A DNA stretch of 64,000 nt from Chitinivibrionales bacterium (GTDB taxonomy: Bacteria; Fibrobacterota; Chitinivibrionia; Chitinivibrionales; WJKA01): the NCBI GenBank assembly GCA_038247415.1, contig JBBRUX010000022.1, positions 1 through 64,000 on the forward strand. Reading direction: 5' to 3'. The notes under the pieces were generated by a model, which saw only the letters and a list, made by a program, of their open reading frames with translations, was not told the DNA's origin and did not search any database. Made by a program: the position numbers and the translations under genes. Shown here piece by piece: positions 1-10,261 of the stretch. The stretch's first letter is position 1. Each line of letters begins with the position of its first letter.

Positions 1-1
1 C

Positions 2-535
2 GTCTGCAAACGAAGCCCCTTCGGCAGACATGCGGGTCAGAATATAATTGCACGTTCCATTTATAATAGTCTTAACAGATAGGACATCGTTGCCAATCAT
101 TGCCTCGCGAATAGTTTTAATGATAGGCATTCCACCGCCAACAGCTGCCTCAAAAAACACGGATACGCCCGCGTGCGTAGCTGCTGCAAAAATTTCCGGC
201 CCATGCTCGGCCAGAAGCGCTTTATTTGCGGTAATCACATGTTTCTTTTTCGCAATTGCTTTAAGCACGAGGGATTTGGCAAAGGTAGTTCCGCCAACGA
301 GCTCGATAACAATCTGAATTTCCGGATCGTTGAGGATGTCATCGGCACTCGCCGAACACACTGCATTACCAATAGGCAGTGCCGCACAACGAGCGGGAGT
401 AAGATCTGCAACACGCGCCAGCACAAGAGGCATGCCAAGTGTTTTTGCAAAAAAATCGGATTGACGAGCAAGCAGCTTTATCACTCCACCGCCAATAGTT
501 CCAGCACCAACCAGCCCAATAGAGATCTTGTTCAT
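2..535 (-). CDS. hom: Homoserine dehydrogenase (5' part; runs off window start)
   Basis: Manual minus-strand translation MNKISIGLVGAGTIGGG...HVITANKALLA...FEAAVGGGMPII...INGTCNYILTRM, all homoserine dehydrogenase motifs. AAGGA RBS upstream. Absent from the ORF track because no stop is in the window. Confidence 0.93.
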   Translation of the reverse strand, partial: MNKISIGLVGAGTIGGGVIKLLARQSDFFAKTLGMPLVLARVADLTPARCAALPIGNAVCSASADDILNDPEIQIVIELVGGTTFAKSLVLKAIAKKKHVITANKALLAEHGPEIFAAATHAGVSVFFEAAVGGGMPIIKTIREAMIGNDVLSVKTIINGTCNYILTRMSAEGASFAD

Positions 536-559
536 GAGACCTATTCCTTATATACCAGG

Positions 560-829
560 TTATTCTTCGTTAAATTTGCGATCGAAAAGAGCAGCAACGG
601 CATCAAGCGCTTCTTGAGCCTGAGGGCCTTTAGCCTGAATTTCCACAAGGGAATCTTGGGCTGCCGCAAGCATCATAACACTCATTATGCTCTTTGCATC
701 TGCAGAAACGCCATCTTTTTTAAGCACAACGTCTGCATCAAAACTTTTTGCCGCCTGAACTATCATTGATGCTGGACGGGCATGAATACCATAGGCATTC
801 GTTACCAAAACCTGTTTTTTAAGATTCAC
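560..829 (-). CDS. ptsH: Phosphocarrier protein HPr
   Basis: GIHARPA (His15) and DAKSIMSVMML (Ser46) motifs, 89 aa. Confidence 0.95.
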   Translation of the reverse strand: MNLKKQVLVTNAYGIHARPASMIVQAAKSFDADVVLKKDGVSADAKSIMSVMMLAAAQDSLVEIQAKGPQAQEALDAVAALFDRKFNEE

Positions 830-1794
830 TTTTTAATTTCCTTATTCTTATCTTTTCTCTTGCCAAAAAGGTCAAGTTGAAGCCGCAATTTAAGTCCATC
901 GTCGCTGACCTGTGCCAATAACGAATCAAGATCTGATATGACTTTTTTGATATCAGTATAAAGCTTCTCGTCTTTAAGAATTTTCCCTGCCGATCCCTCG
1001 CCGCGGTCTATAGATTCGAGCATTGATTTAAGTTTGGTTGCCATTGAGTCTACTTTTGCGACAAGTGCCACACCTTGAGTAGTTAGCATTGCTCCCTGTG
1101 CAGCAATGGTGTCCAAATGTGGCTGGTTACGTTTAAGAAGATCTACCGCATCGGATGAAATAGTCTCTGCATTATCTGCAATCGTATTGATTTTTGGCGA
1201 ATTTTCTCGAATAAGTGCTTGCGTGACCGTCGTTATGGTATCTAATCTGCCAACAATATGAGAAAAAGTGGACACAAACTCAGAATCTCCTACAGTCCGG
1301 TCTACAATTGCAGTCACATTTTTAAGCAAAAGCTCAACCTCAGAAACCACGGTTCCAACAAGCCCCATTGCTTCTGCTATACCGGTATCAAAGTAGCCAT
1401 GAATGTAAAAGGGCGGAGGTGCATTCTTTTTGTGGGGAGAAAAGACGATCCCCTTAGCCGAAAGTTGAATCCCAATCATGCGCTCGCCCATAAGACCGAT
1501 ATTTTGAACGGTAATGCGTGTTGAATCGGTAATTCGAATCTGCTTATCGATTTCGATCCGCACTGCCACGCTATCCTTATAGAGATTAATATCGGACACA
1601 ATCCCTTTTTTTACACCATTCACCATTACAGGATCGCCCTTAGCAAGAGTGCCTATGTTAGGAAATAGGACAGTATATTGAACCAAGGTGCGGGTAACAT
1701 TCACTTCCTTAAGCCACAATACACTCCCAATGAGAATAATAAGCGAGGCAAGTATCGAGCCGCCAACAACAAGATCGATGTTTGCTTTTTTCAA
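826..1794 (-). CDS. MlaD/MCE-family protein
   Basis: N-terminal TM helix, GxLxxGDPVxxNGVxxGxV MCE motif, GLMGERMI, long helical C-terminus with GEGSAGKIL...LY. Confidence 0.9.
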   Translation of the reverse strand: MKKANIDLVVGGSILASLIILIGSVLWLKEVNVTRTLVQYTVLFPNIGTLAKGDPVMVNGVKKGIVSDINLYKDSVAVRIEIDKQIRITDSTRITVQNIGLMGERMIGIQLSAKGIVFSPHKKNAPPPFYIHGYFDTGIAEAMGLVGTVVSEVELLLKNVTAIVDRTVGDSEFVSTFSHIVGRLDTITTVTQALIRENSPKINTIADNAETISSDAVDLLKRNQPHLDTIAAQGAMLTTQGVALVAKVDSMATKLKSMLESIDRGEGSAGKILKDEKLYTDIKKVISDLDSLLAQVSDDGLKLRLQLDLFGKRKDKNKEIKK

Positions 1795-2054
1795 TCAAAT
1801 CCGCCTTTCATTGAGGGCGCACAGAGCGACGATACCTTGAAGGACAAAAAGACCCCTATCAAAATAATTTCTGGCTCTACCGATAAGGCTATTGGAAAAG
1901 TATTTGCTTATAAAATCTTCGTCCAGGATCAAAAAAAAGAAAGAATACAATATTTTTTCCACTCTCATTGCCCTATTAAATATTTTACATCGTAAGATTG
2001 TGTCGTTACGTATAGTATGACATTTTGTACCTCGCACCTGCAAAGGATTCCTGC

Positions 2055-3302
2055 ATGAACAGCCCTTCTAAGACTACCCGGCATGCATTTGTTTGCACAT
2101 TTCTCTTTCTCTGCGCACTTTCACCATGCATGCTTTGTGCGCAGGATCAACCAGTAGCACCACTACCAATTACGCTCGTTATAGAGACGGTACCCACTGG
2201 TGCTACCATTTATATGAACGGAAAGAGCGCCGGTATAGCACCCATAAAAACAGATACCCTTTCAGCTGGACAGCTTCAAATACTCGCCAAACTCGAAGGA
2301 TTTAAAGATTTTACGCGATCGGTAAACTTTGAGCCTGGGACAAAGAAAAAACTCATAGTACGGCTCACTTCCCTGGATACTACCCCATCACCCGCCGCCC
2401 CCGTGCCAGCCGATATGCCAAAAACTGTACCCGAGGTAGCAGCCAATCCGCAACCGATACTCAAGCCGGCCCCCGTTTCGGAAACAGTCAAACACGATAG
2501 CGTTCCCACAACAGCCGCGGTGCAAACTCCGACCGTCAACGATACCGCACAGGCAAAGACAGGCTTTGTTGCATTACGACTTGAACTCATTCCTACACAT
2601 GCAAAACTCTCGATAAATGGTACCAAGGTCGACTCAACACCGTATGAATCGGACTCCCTAACACCAGGTAACTTTGAAATTATTGCACAAGCATCGGGAT
2701 ACAAAACCTTTCAACGAATAATTACGCTCGAGGCAGGAGCTCGAAAAAAGATAACCCTGCGATTATCAACCGCACGTGCCCCCCTGAGCATAACATCCAC
2801 ACCCGATAGCGCGCTTGTGTATATCGATGATATTCTCAAAGGCACCACTCCTTATACAACCGACACGCTTCCTGATGGTTCCTATTTCCTGCGTGTTGAA
2901 AAGAAGGGCTATGATAAAGCCAAACAGAGCTTCATGTATACAAACACAAAACCAGATTCCATTCATCTCACTCTTGTCAATATCGCTGTTGCCGATTCTA
3001 TTGCGCAGGTTAAGCATAAGAAAACACGTTTCATTCGGCAAATAGCGTGCGGGAGCGCCCTCGCTGTTTTTGGCGTAATGGGTGTCGTAACAGGAATTCA
3101 GGCCAACCAGAGCATTTACCAAGAGCAAGCGGCCTATAACGCATATAAGCTTACCGCTCAAGCACAGTCAAACTACGATGCCCGGTGGAACACCTATTCT
3201 ACACAAAAAAAGAAAACAGATTCCTTAATTCGAGCAAGAAATATAAGCAGTGTTTTTGCAACTCTTGCAGCCATTGGATTAGTAATTTCCATAAAATTTT
3301 AA
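2055..3302 (+). CDS. PEGA domain-containing exported/membrane protein
   Basis: Signal peptide, three PEGA-like repeats (TVPTGATIYMNG..G.AP, LIPTHAKLSING, STPDSALVYIDD..KGTTP), Pro/Ala linker, C-terminal hydrophobic helices. AAGGA RBS favours ATG 2055 over the track start 2025. Confidence 0.85.
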   Translation: MNSPSKTTRHAFVCTFLFLCALSPCMLCAQDQPVAPLPITLVIETVPTGATIYMNGKSAGIAPIKTDTLSAGQLQILAKLEGFKDFTRSVNFEPGTKKKLIVRLTSLDTTPSPAAPVPADMPKTVPEVAANPQPILKPAPVSETVKHDSVPTTAAVQTPTVNDTAQAKTGFVALRLELIPTHAKLSINGTKVDSTPYESDSLTPGNFEIIAQASGYKTFQRIITLEAGARKKITLRLSTARAPLSITSTPDSALVYIDDILKGTTPYTTDTLPDGSYFLRVEKKGYDKAKQSFMYTNTKPDSIHLTLVNIAVADSIAQVKHKKTRFIRQIACGSALAVFGVMGVVTGIQANQSIYQEQAAYNAYKLTAQAQSNYDARWNTYSTQKKKTDSLIRARNISSVFATLAAIGLVISIKF

Positions 3303-3332
3303 CGCCACGCTATTTATCAAGGAGACATTCTC

Positions 3333-6300
3333 ATGCGCCTGTATGCTTTACTTATTGTACTTTGTTCTCTTCTGTTTACCTGTGCCCAGCGTGAAAATGG
3401 GAACCGCAACAACCCTTACGATGCGAATGGTACCAATTTTACTGCCGATCAAGCCCCAACACATCTTCATGTAACCACCAAAGAAATCACCTGGCTTACA
3501 TATAATTATTACGACTCTACAGGAAGCTTCGAGCTCTCTTTTTATGGGTACGATCCCAACGAACAAAAAGATACTCTTACCTATACTCTCTTAGGATCTA
3601 CTTCACTCGCATCATCCAGGCTCGACACGCTGTATCATGGACGCGATACTACCTGTATTCTCAAAAACATTAGATCCGGAAACACTCTAACGTATCGTTT
3701 AATAGCAACAGATATCTCCGATAGTACCATTGACACACTTGGAACCCTGATCATTCCATCGTGCGCGCCTGTATACACAGGATCAACCAACTTTACAGCG
3801 TATAATTCCAACTCCACAATTACACTTTCGTGGCAATCAAACAGCGATGTGAAATCATACGAGGTCTACCGTTCCGATTCATTGCATGGCCCCTATAAGC
3901 GCATTCTTGTTAAGTCAAACCAAAGCGCACATTCAACCTATTTTTCTGTAATCGACTCAATCGCAGATTACCGAATGCATTACTATTTGCTCAAACTCGT
4001 CAGTAAGTGCTCGGGGATATGGTCACCCGATACGCTCTCTGGCAGAAGATACTATTCTGGACTCTATGCACCCACAAGCGTTTCGGCCTCAGATGGAAAT
4101 AGCGGATATATTTCCCTCACCTGGTCTGATGCAAATTCGGGTACCACATCAACGTTTCATATCTATCGTTCGTTACGTTGCAGCGGACCTTACCAAGAGA
4201 TAGCAATTGTAAACAGTAGTAGTCGTTCCTTATATTCCTATTACACCAATAGCTACTCAGATACCGTTCCGGATGCTGCAACCTATTACTATACCATTGC
4301 TGCCTTTGACGTTAATGGTAAAGGAAGCTCTCCATCAACATGTGAAAGCGGCTATTCAACAACACTTTCAGCCCCCTACAATTTCACTGTCTCTCAAGGC
4401 GCGTATGCAAATGCCATAAACCTCTCCTGGTCTACAGTAACGGGCGCCACTCAGTATCAAGTATATAAAGCAACCAGTTGTTCAGGCCCTTACCAGAAAA
4501 TATCGCTCATCGCAACCACAACCTATTATGGCAGCATGACAGCGTACGACTCAGTATTTAACGATTCCACTTATTATTATCAAGTAGCTGGTGTCACCTC
4601 ACGCGGAGTGGAGGGTGAATTAACAACACGCTGTGACTTCGGATATCGTGCATCGCTTACTGCCCCAACGTATATATCCGCTTCGCAAGGAACGTATGCA
4701 AATTCGATCTACCTCTATTGGGGATCGTCAACAGGAGCTTCCAAATATCTGATATATCGAGATACCGTAGCAACGGGGGCGTATTCGTATCTTGGAACTA
4801 CCACCTCAACTAGCTATTACGATAGCATAAAATCTTCACGAATGTATTATTACAAAATTGCCGCAGCCAATAGCGCAGACACCTCGTTATTGTCAAGCTA
4901 TTCATATGGATACAAGGCGCGTCTTTCATCGCCTTCATTCTTATCTATTTCTGAGGGCACCTACACTGACAAAATCGTGCTATCGTGGTATGCCCAAACT
5001 GGGGTAACCGGATTTATCATTTACAGAGATTCTATTTATAATGGCACTTTCCCTCGACTTGCATCACTTTCGAGTTCGGCATCAACCTATTCCGATTTCG
5101 TTAGCTCAACAAAAACGTTTTACTATAAAATCGCTGCCTATAGTTCCTCCGACACATCTCTACCCTCCGATGCTTCATATGGATATGTCTCAAGACTTTC
5201 TACACCTTCAATAGCTGCAAGTAAAGGGAGCCTTCTCGGCAAAATTACGGTCTTTTGGCAACTTGTGTCAAATGCTGCTGGCTACTACGTTTATCGCGAT
5301 ACTTCAAGCTTTGGACCTTTTGCGCTCTACGATTCATCAACCACCGAATATTATGTAGACAGTGTGAAATCATCAATAACCTACTATTACAAAGTTGCTG
5401 CATTTTCAAAAACACATCGCATTAGCGAGCTATCATCCATGGATTATGGCTACCAAACCAGACTTACTGCACCCTACTTGATAACTGCAAGTGATGGTGT
5501 CTCCGATACGTATATCGCTATCAATTTCGCATCGGTAATAGGAGCCTCAGGGTATGCCATTTTTAGAGATACTCTCAGCACTTTGAGTACCAACCTACGC
5601 GTGGCTACTACCTCAGCTACTGTTTTCTCGTATAACGACCCAATTTCGTCACCAAGAACCTATTATTATGCAGCGGCCGCGCTCGATGCAAATGGCAATG
5701 TCGGAACATTATCCTACACTGTTTCAGGTAGGATCTCTTCGCCTCCCTCACCATCAGGCCTCACATGCTCAAATGCGCTGTATCCTAATAAAATTATTGT
5801 AAGTTGGAATGCTATCTCTACTGCTACCGCGTATGTCATTTACAAAGATTCGTCAAATTACGGAGCATTTCGACCTATTGATACAATAACAGCATCATCA
5901 TTTACCGATAACAACATCCTCTCCGACAACTTCTTTTATTACAAAGTGGCTCAACTTAATAAAACAGCATTGGGCGTGCAAAGCTCAGCTTTTCCTGGCC
6001 GTACCATGTATGCTCCGATAAACGTAAGGGTAACAGGTGACTCGGGGGCAATTACTTTAGGATACGAGCAAGCTACCTATGCAAGTGGGTATTACATTTA
6101 CCGAAGCAGTTCGAGTACCGATGCTAACCCAACAAAAATTGCAACCATTACCTCTAACGCAATAACAGCCTATACAGATGCGAGTCAGAGCGATTTTACG
6201 CCGTACTTCTATTCCATTTCGGGATATAATGCCAACGGAGAAAGTTCTCGATCTAAACCCGTTTCTGCCACGAGAAAACTTGGTGCTCCCAAAAACCTTG

Positions 6301-7901
6301 TTATCACCTCGCAAAGCAATGCAATTTCCCTTACATGGAACGCAAGCAAAGGGGCTCAAAATTATGTGGTTTTCCGCTACCCTATAGGTTCTGTCAACAG
6401 TCAATTCGCCTATGCGACCATTGCTGATACCACCATGCTTATTGCCGCAAATTCCGATTCGATATATGCATATTATGTTCGGGCAACTAGCAATGCTGTT
6501 ACCAGCAATTCTTCTAATACTGTAAATGGACAAAGGCTTACTGCCCCAACAATTCCCGTTTCAGTTTTCACCTCAGGTAACGCTGCTGAAATTGGCCTAT
6601 ATTGGACACCAGGATCTGGCAATCAGCCAGCCACAAGCTTTACAATCTACCGATCCGCCCAAGGACCAACGCTCGGGCTAACTAAAATTGGGACCACAAC
6701 CCAAAGCGCCTACCACGATTCTAGCGCAGAGGCACTGGTAACCTACTACTATGCAGTTTCTGCAACAAATAGCATTGGTGAGAGCGCTAAATCAACAAGT
6801 GTTCGTGGCGCCATCACAGCTCCAATTGCTCCCGATAGTATTGCTTTGTCTACAGGGTACGTAAGCACGATTAAAATTTCCTGGAGAAAGCAGGTTGGTG
6901 CGAAATGGTATAAAATTTACCGGACGTTCTCCTATGGCGGAACTGCCACGCTTCTAGATTCCACACAATCAACAGTCTATTTAGATTCCAACAATGTCAA
7001 GAGTTTTACCTACTACCAGATTTCGGCAACCAATGGCCTAGAAAGTCCACGATCGGGTCTTTATGATGGCAATCTTATTACGCCCCCAACATCCCTTACG
7101 GTGAACAACACGGCACTCTATTGTACGGTATCGTGGTCTGCGGTCTCTTCTGCAAAAACGTATCGACTCTACCGCTCAACAAGCGTCACAGGAACGTTTA
7201 CTTGTATTGATACCATTGTAGGAACCTATTCGGTTTCTTCTGATGACACGCTAAAATCAAGCACTCGATACTACTATAAAGTTTCAGCTGTTGGCATCGA
7301 CGAAAGTTCCCTTAGCTTAGCGTCAAACGCAGGATACCTTACTGCCCCTACAACGCCTTCGTATATATATGCTTCAGATGGCGGATCTCACGATACCGTT
7401 CAAATCACCTTTACACCGTCGATTGGCGCAATCTCCTATGAGATCTGGAGAAGCGAATCGAGCGAATTCACTAAACCCGTATTGGCAGGATCCCCTACAA
7501 ACCCTCTTTTTTATGATATCCCCCCTTCAGATACCATCTACTACTATCGAGTCAAAGCAACAGGGTACGCTGGTCAAAGCGTATTGTCAACTATCGATGC
7601 AGGTAATCGGGAACCCCAGGACGTTCCATCTGCGCCTCTGAGCCTAACAGCCTCAACCTTCGACCAGCTCGTAATCAAACTCGATTGGGTTGCGCCGCAA
7701 GTGTCACCAGTCAACCAGTACAAGATTTACCGCGCCACAACTCAAGCGGGCGTTTATACGATCGTCGATAGTACAACATATCCGAACTATTCAGATCCGG
7801 TTCCCTTATCATACCCGAATTCATACTGGTATCAGATTTCAGCTGTCAACAAAAATGGAGAAGGTATCAAAAGTGAGGCCGTTGAAGGATATCGGAACTA
7901 A
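3333..7901 (+). CDS. Large lipoprotein with ~15 fibronectin type III-like repeats
   Basis: Lipobox-like LLFTC then RNNPYD, repeated ~90-100 aa modules P..(ASxG)..I.LSW....Y.IYR...YYY.V.A, AGGAG RBS. Confidence 0.85.
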   Translation: MRLYALLIVLCSLLFTCAQRENGNRNNPYDANGTNFTADQAPTHLHVTTKEITWLTYNYYDSTGSFELSFYGYDPNEQKDTLTYTLLGSTSLASSRLDTLYHGRDTTCILKNIRSGNTLTYRLIATDISDSTIDTLGTLIIPSCAPVYTGSTNFTAYNSNSTITLSWQSNSDVKSYEVYRSDSLHGPYKRILVKSNQSAHSTYFSVIDSIADYRMHYYLLKLVSKCSGIWSPDTLSGRRYYSGLYAPTSVSASDGNSGYISLTWSDANSGTTSTFHIYRSLRCSGPYQEIAIVNSSSRSLYSYYTNSYSDTVPDAATYYYTIAAFDVNGKGSSPSTCESGYSTTLSAPYNFTVSQGAYANAINLSWSTVTGATQYQVYKATSCSGPYQKISLIATTTYYGSMTAYDSVFNDSTYYYQVAGVTSRGVEGELTTRCDFGYRASLTAPTYISASQGTYANSIYLYWGSSTGASKYLIYRDTVATGAYSYLGTTTSTSYYDSIKSSRMYYYKIAAANSADTSLLSSYSYGYKARLSSPSFLSISEGTYTDKIVLSWYAQTGVTGFIIYRDSIYNGTFPRLASLSSSASTYSDFVSSTKTFYYKIAAYSSSDTSLPSDASYGYVSRLSTPSIAASKGSLLGKITVFWQLVSNAAGYYVYRDTSSFGPFALYDSSTTEYYVDSVKSSITYYYKVAAFSKTHRISELSSMDYGYQTRLTAPYLITASDGVSDTYIAINFASVIGASGYAIFRDTLSTLSTNLRVATTSATVFSYNDPISSPRTYYYAAAALDANGNVGTLSYTVSGRISSPPSPSGLTCSNALYPNKIIVSWNAISTATAYVIYKDSSNYGAFRPIDTITASSFTDNNILSDNFFYYKVAQLNKTALGVQSSAFPGRTMYAPINVRVTGDSGAITLGYEQATYASGYYIYRSSSSTDANPTKIATITSNAITAYTDASQSDFTPYFYSISGYNANGESSRSKPVSATRKLGAPKNLVITSQSNAISLTWNASKGAQNYVVFRYPIGSVNSQFAYATIADTTMLIAANSDSIYAYYVRATSNAVTSNSSNTVNGQRLTAPTIPVSVFTSGNAAEIGLYWTPGSGNQPATSFTIYRSAQGPTLGLTKIGTTTQSAYHDSSAEALVTYYYAVSATNSIGESAKSTSVRGAITAPIAPDSIALSTGYVSTIKISWRKQVGAKWYKIYRTFSYGGTATLLDSTQSTVYLDSNNVKSFTYYQISATNGLESPRSGLYDGNLITPPTSLTVNNTALYCTVSWSAVSSAKTYRLYRSTSVTGTFTCIDTIVGTYSVSSDDTLKSSTRYYYKVSAVGIDESSLSLASNAGYLTAPTTPSYIYASDGGSHDTVQITFTPSIGAISYEIWRSESSEFTKPVLAGSPTNPLFYDIPPSDTIYYYRVKATGYAGQSVLSTIDAGNREPQDVPSAPLSLTASTFDQLVIKLDWVAPQVSPVNQYKIYRATTQAGVYTIVDSTTYPNYSDPVPLSYPNSYWYQISAVNKNGEGIKSEAVEGYRN

Positions 7902-7920
7902 AGGCAGGTAAAAACGCTCG

Positions 7921-9537
7921 CTACTTCTTGACTTTCCGTTGAATGATCGTATCTTTTTTCCAGCTGCGATCATTCACATCGGGATAATCGGTGGTATAAT
8001 GCAATCCCCGACTCTCCTTACGCCGTAAAGCGCATTCCACAATAAGGCGGGCAGTTGTTACGGTATTGCGTAAATCGAGCAATGGTGCAGAAATACGCGT
8101 CCGTCTATAATAATCTTCTATCTCCTGTTCAAGCATCACAATCCGGCGCTGGGCGCGCAAAAGTCGAACGGTGCTGCGCACAATGCCAACATAATCCCAC
8201 ATAACTGTCTGAATTTCAAACTTGTTATGTGCCAAGAGAATCCACTCTTCGGTGTCGAGAGTTCCGCTATCATCCCACCGCGGAATAGTGCGCACCGATT
8301 GACGTTTAAGAGAGGATATTCTGGGGCCTGCATGCTCGGCTGCACGTAAAGAAAACACAAGCGCTTCTAGCAAGGAATTTGAAGCAAGTCGATTTGCTCC
8401 ATGCACACCTGTATGAGACGCTTCACCACATGCATACAAGTTTTTTATAGAGGATTGCCCGCTTGTATCAACCGCTATCCCACCGCACAAATAATGCGCC
8501 GCAGGCACCACGGGAACAAGATCACGCGTAATATCGATCCCAAATTTTTTGCACTGCGCAAATATGGTAGGAAAACGTTTGCGCGTTTGTGCAGCATCCA
8601 AATGCCGTATATCAAGAAATACACACGGCTCCGCCGAGAGCTTCATTTCGCGATCGATTGCCCATGCAACAATATCTCGAGGAGCAAGCGATCCCATAGG
8701 ATGATACCGCTTCATGAATTCGACGCCATGGCGATCCTTAAGCACGCCACCATACCCGCGAACTGCCTCGGAAATGAGAAAAGAGTCGGCCTTTTCGTGA
8801 AAGAGCGTTGTAGGGTGGAACTGAATAAATTCCATATTGGCAATTTTTGCGCCAGCCCGATATGCCATAGCAATCCCATCGCCGGTTGCAATTTCTGGAT
8901 TTGTGGTATGAAGATATACTCTTCCTGCCCCACCGGTTGCAGTACAGGTAATGCGCGATGCTATGGCTGAAATAGCGCCCGATTCGGTATCGAGAACATA
9001 TGCCCCAAAACAGGTAGGGTCTGCGTTTTTAGGCCCGCAATGATGCTGGGTAATAAGCTCTACGGCACAATGATTCTCATACATTGTAATAGCTGGGGTT
9101 GTGCGTATTTTGGCTACAAGTGCGTGTTCAATGGCCCGTCCGGTAAGATCTTGTGCATGCACAATACGATTAGCCGAGTGGCCGCCCTCTTTGCCCAAAT
9201 CGAGGTTCATAAATGCCGATGATTTAGATGAACGGGTAAATGATACACCCCACTCGAGCAGTTCGGCAATACGATCTGGCCCTTCAGAACAAAGGATATT
9301 TACAACACTCTCCTGCGAAAGGCCTTTTCCTGTTGTCAATGTATCTAAAATATGGCTTTGTATAGAATCGTGCGGGTCAAGAACACATGCAATGCCGCCC
9401 TGCGCATAATTGGTATTGGAATCGGTATCGCTTTTTTTAGTGATAATTGTTACGCTGCCATATCGAGCAGCATGAAGTGCAAACGACAAGCCCGCAATGC
9501 CACTGCCAATAACAAGAAAGTCGGTGGTTCGTTTCAT
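7921..9537 (-). CDS. nadB: L-aspartate oxidase
   Basis: GSGIAG, YAQGGIA, EGGHS..RI.H, QFHPT, AAHY.CGG, HGANRLASNSLLE, ESRGLH motifs. Confidence 0.96.
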   Translation of the reverse strand: MKRTTDFLVIGSGIAGLSFALHAARYGSVTIITKKSDTDSNTNYAQGGIACVLDPHDSIQSHILDTLTTGKGLSQESVVNILCSEGPDRIAELLEWGVSFTRSSKSSAFMNLDLGKEGGHSANRIVHAQDLTGRAIEHALVAKIRTTPAITMYENHCAVELITQHHCGPKNADPTCFGAYVLDTESGAISAIASRITCTATGGAGRVYLHTTNPEIATGDGIAMAYRAGAKIANMEFIQFHPTTLFHEKADSFLISEAVRGYGGVLKDRHGVEFMKRYHPMGSLAPRDIVAWAIDREMKLSAEPCVFLDIRHLDAAQTRKRFPTIFAQCKKFGIDITRDLVPVVPAAHYLCGGIAVDTSGQSSIKNLYACGEASHTGVHGANRLASNSLLEALVFSLRAAEHAGPRISSLKRQSVRTIPRWDDSGTLDTEEWILLAHNKFEIQTVMWDYVGIVRSTVRLLRAQRRIVMLEQEIEDYYRRTRISAPLLDLRNTVTTARLIVECALRRKESRGLHYTTDYPDVNDRSWKKDTIIQRKVKK

Positions 9538-9540
9538 GGC

Positions 9541-10161
9541 TTACTCGTGCTTACGCGCTTTTTGGCCCAAATATCCGCCATGATGACGCAATCCATACTC
9601 TTTGCGCGTTAATTTCTTTTTTTCCATCAGCACAAGGGCTAAGGCATCGCCGATGGCAAGCATTGCAGTTGTTGAAGCTGTGGGAGTTAGGCCAAGCGAA
9701 CAAGGCTCGGTAATGTCGCCCATATTAATGACTATGGTGGCTAAAGATCTGATTGTAGAATCGGGGTGCGAGGTGATTCCAATACTTGCGCTAACCCCCA
9801 AGTGATGCGCAAGAGTAAGCATTTCGATAACCTCGCGGGTTTTTCCACTTGTCGAAAAGGCAATAACGACATCACCTTGTGCAAGAACCCCAAGGTCCCC
9901 ATGTTCTGCCTCGCCAGGGTGCACAAAACAAGCCGGCGTACCCGTTGACGAAAGTGTACCCGCAACTTTGCGCGCAATATGCCCTGCTTTGCCCATACCC
10001 GTGGTAACAATTTTACCTTTGCAGGTATAGAGAAGCTTAACAGCAGCCTCGAACTGGCTATCCAGCGGAATGGCCAAAAGCGCTTCGGCTTCGGCACGAA
10101 TGATCTGACGTGCACGAGCAAGGACTGCGCTTATGGGCTTGGTTTTTTTTGTGCTATTCAT
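9541..10161 (-). CDS. SIS-domain sugar-phosphate isomerase (KdsD/GutQ-like, no CBS pair)
   Basis: GMGKAGHIA.K.A.TLSSTGTP, HPGEAEHGDLG, PTASTT..LA.GDALA, HHGGYLG. Ends before the CBS domains. Confidence 0.88.
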   Translation of the reverse strand: MNSTKKTKPISAVLARARQIIRAEAEALLAIPLDSQFEAAVKLLYTCKGKIVTTGMGKAGHIARKVAGTLSSTGTPACFVHPGEAEHGDLGVLAQGDVVIAFSTSGKTREVIEMLTLAHHLGVSASIGITSHPDSTIRSLATIVINMGDITEPCSLGLTPTASTTAMLAIGDALALVLMEKKKLTRKEYGLRHHGGYLGQKARKHE

Positions 10162-10261
10162 ACACAAGAAAATAAATAAGCGAAATTAAATCACCTATTA
10201 AAAATGGATTTTAGGCACGAGCACTCTTTAGCGAGGAATACACGGGAATGCCCCTGCATTC

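Noticed and set aside
48..769. Plus-strand ORFs 48-317 and 173-769
   Set aside because: Antisense shadows of hom and ptsH.
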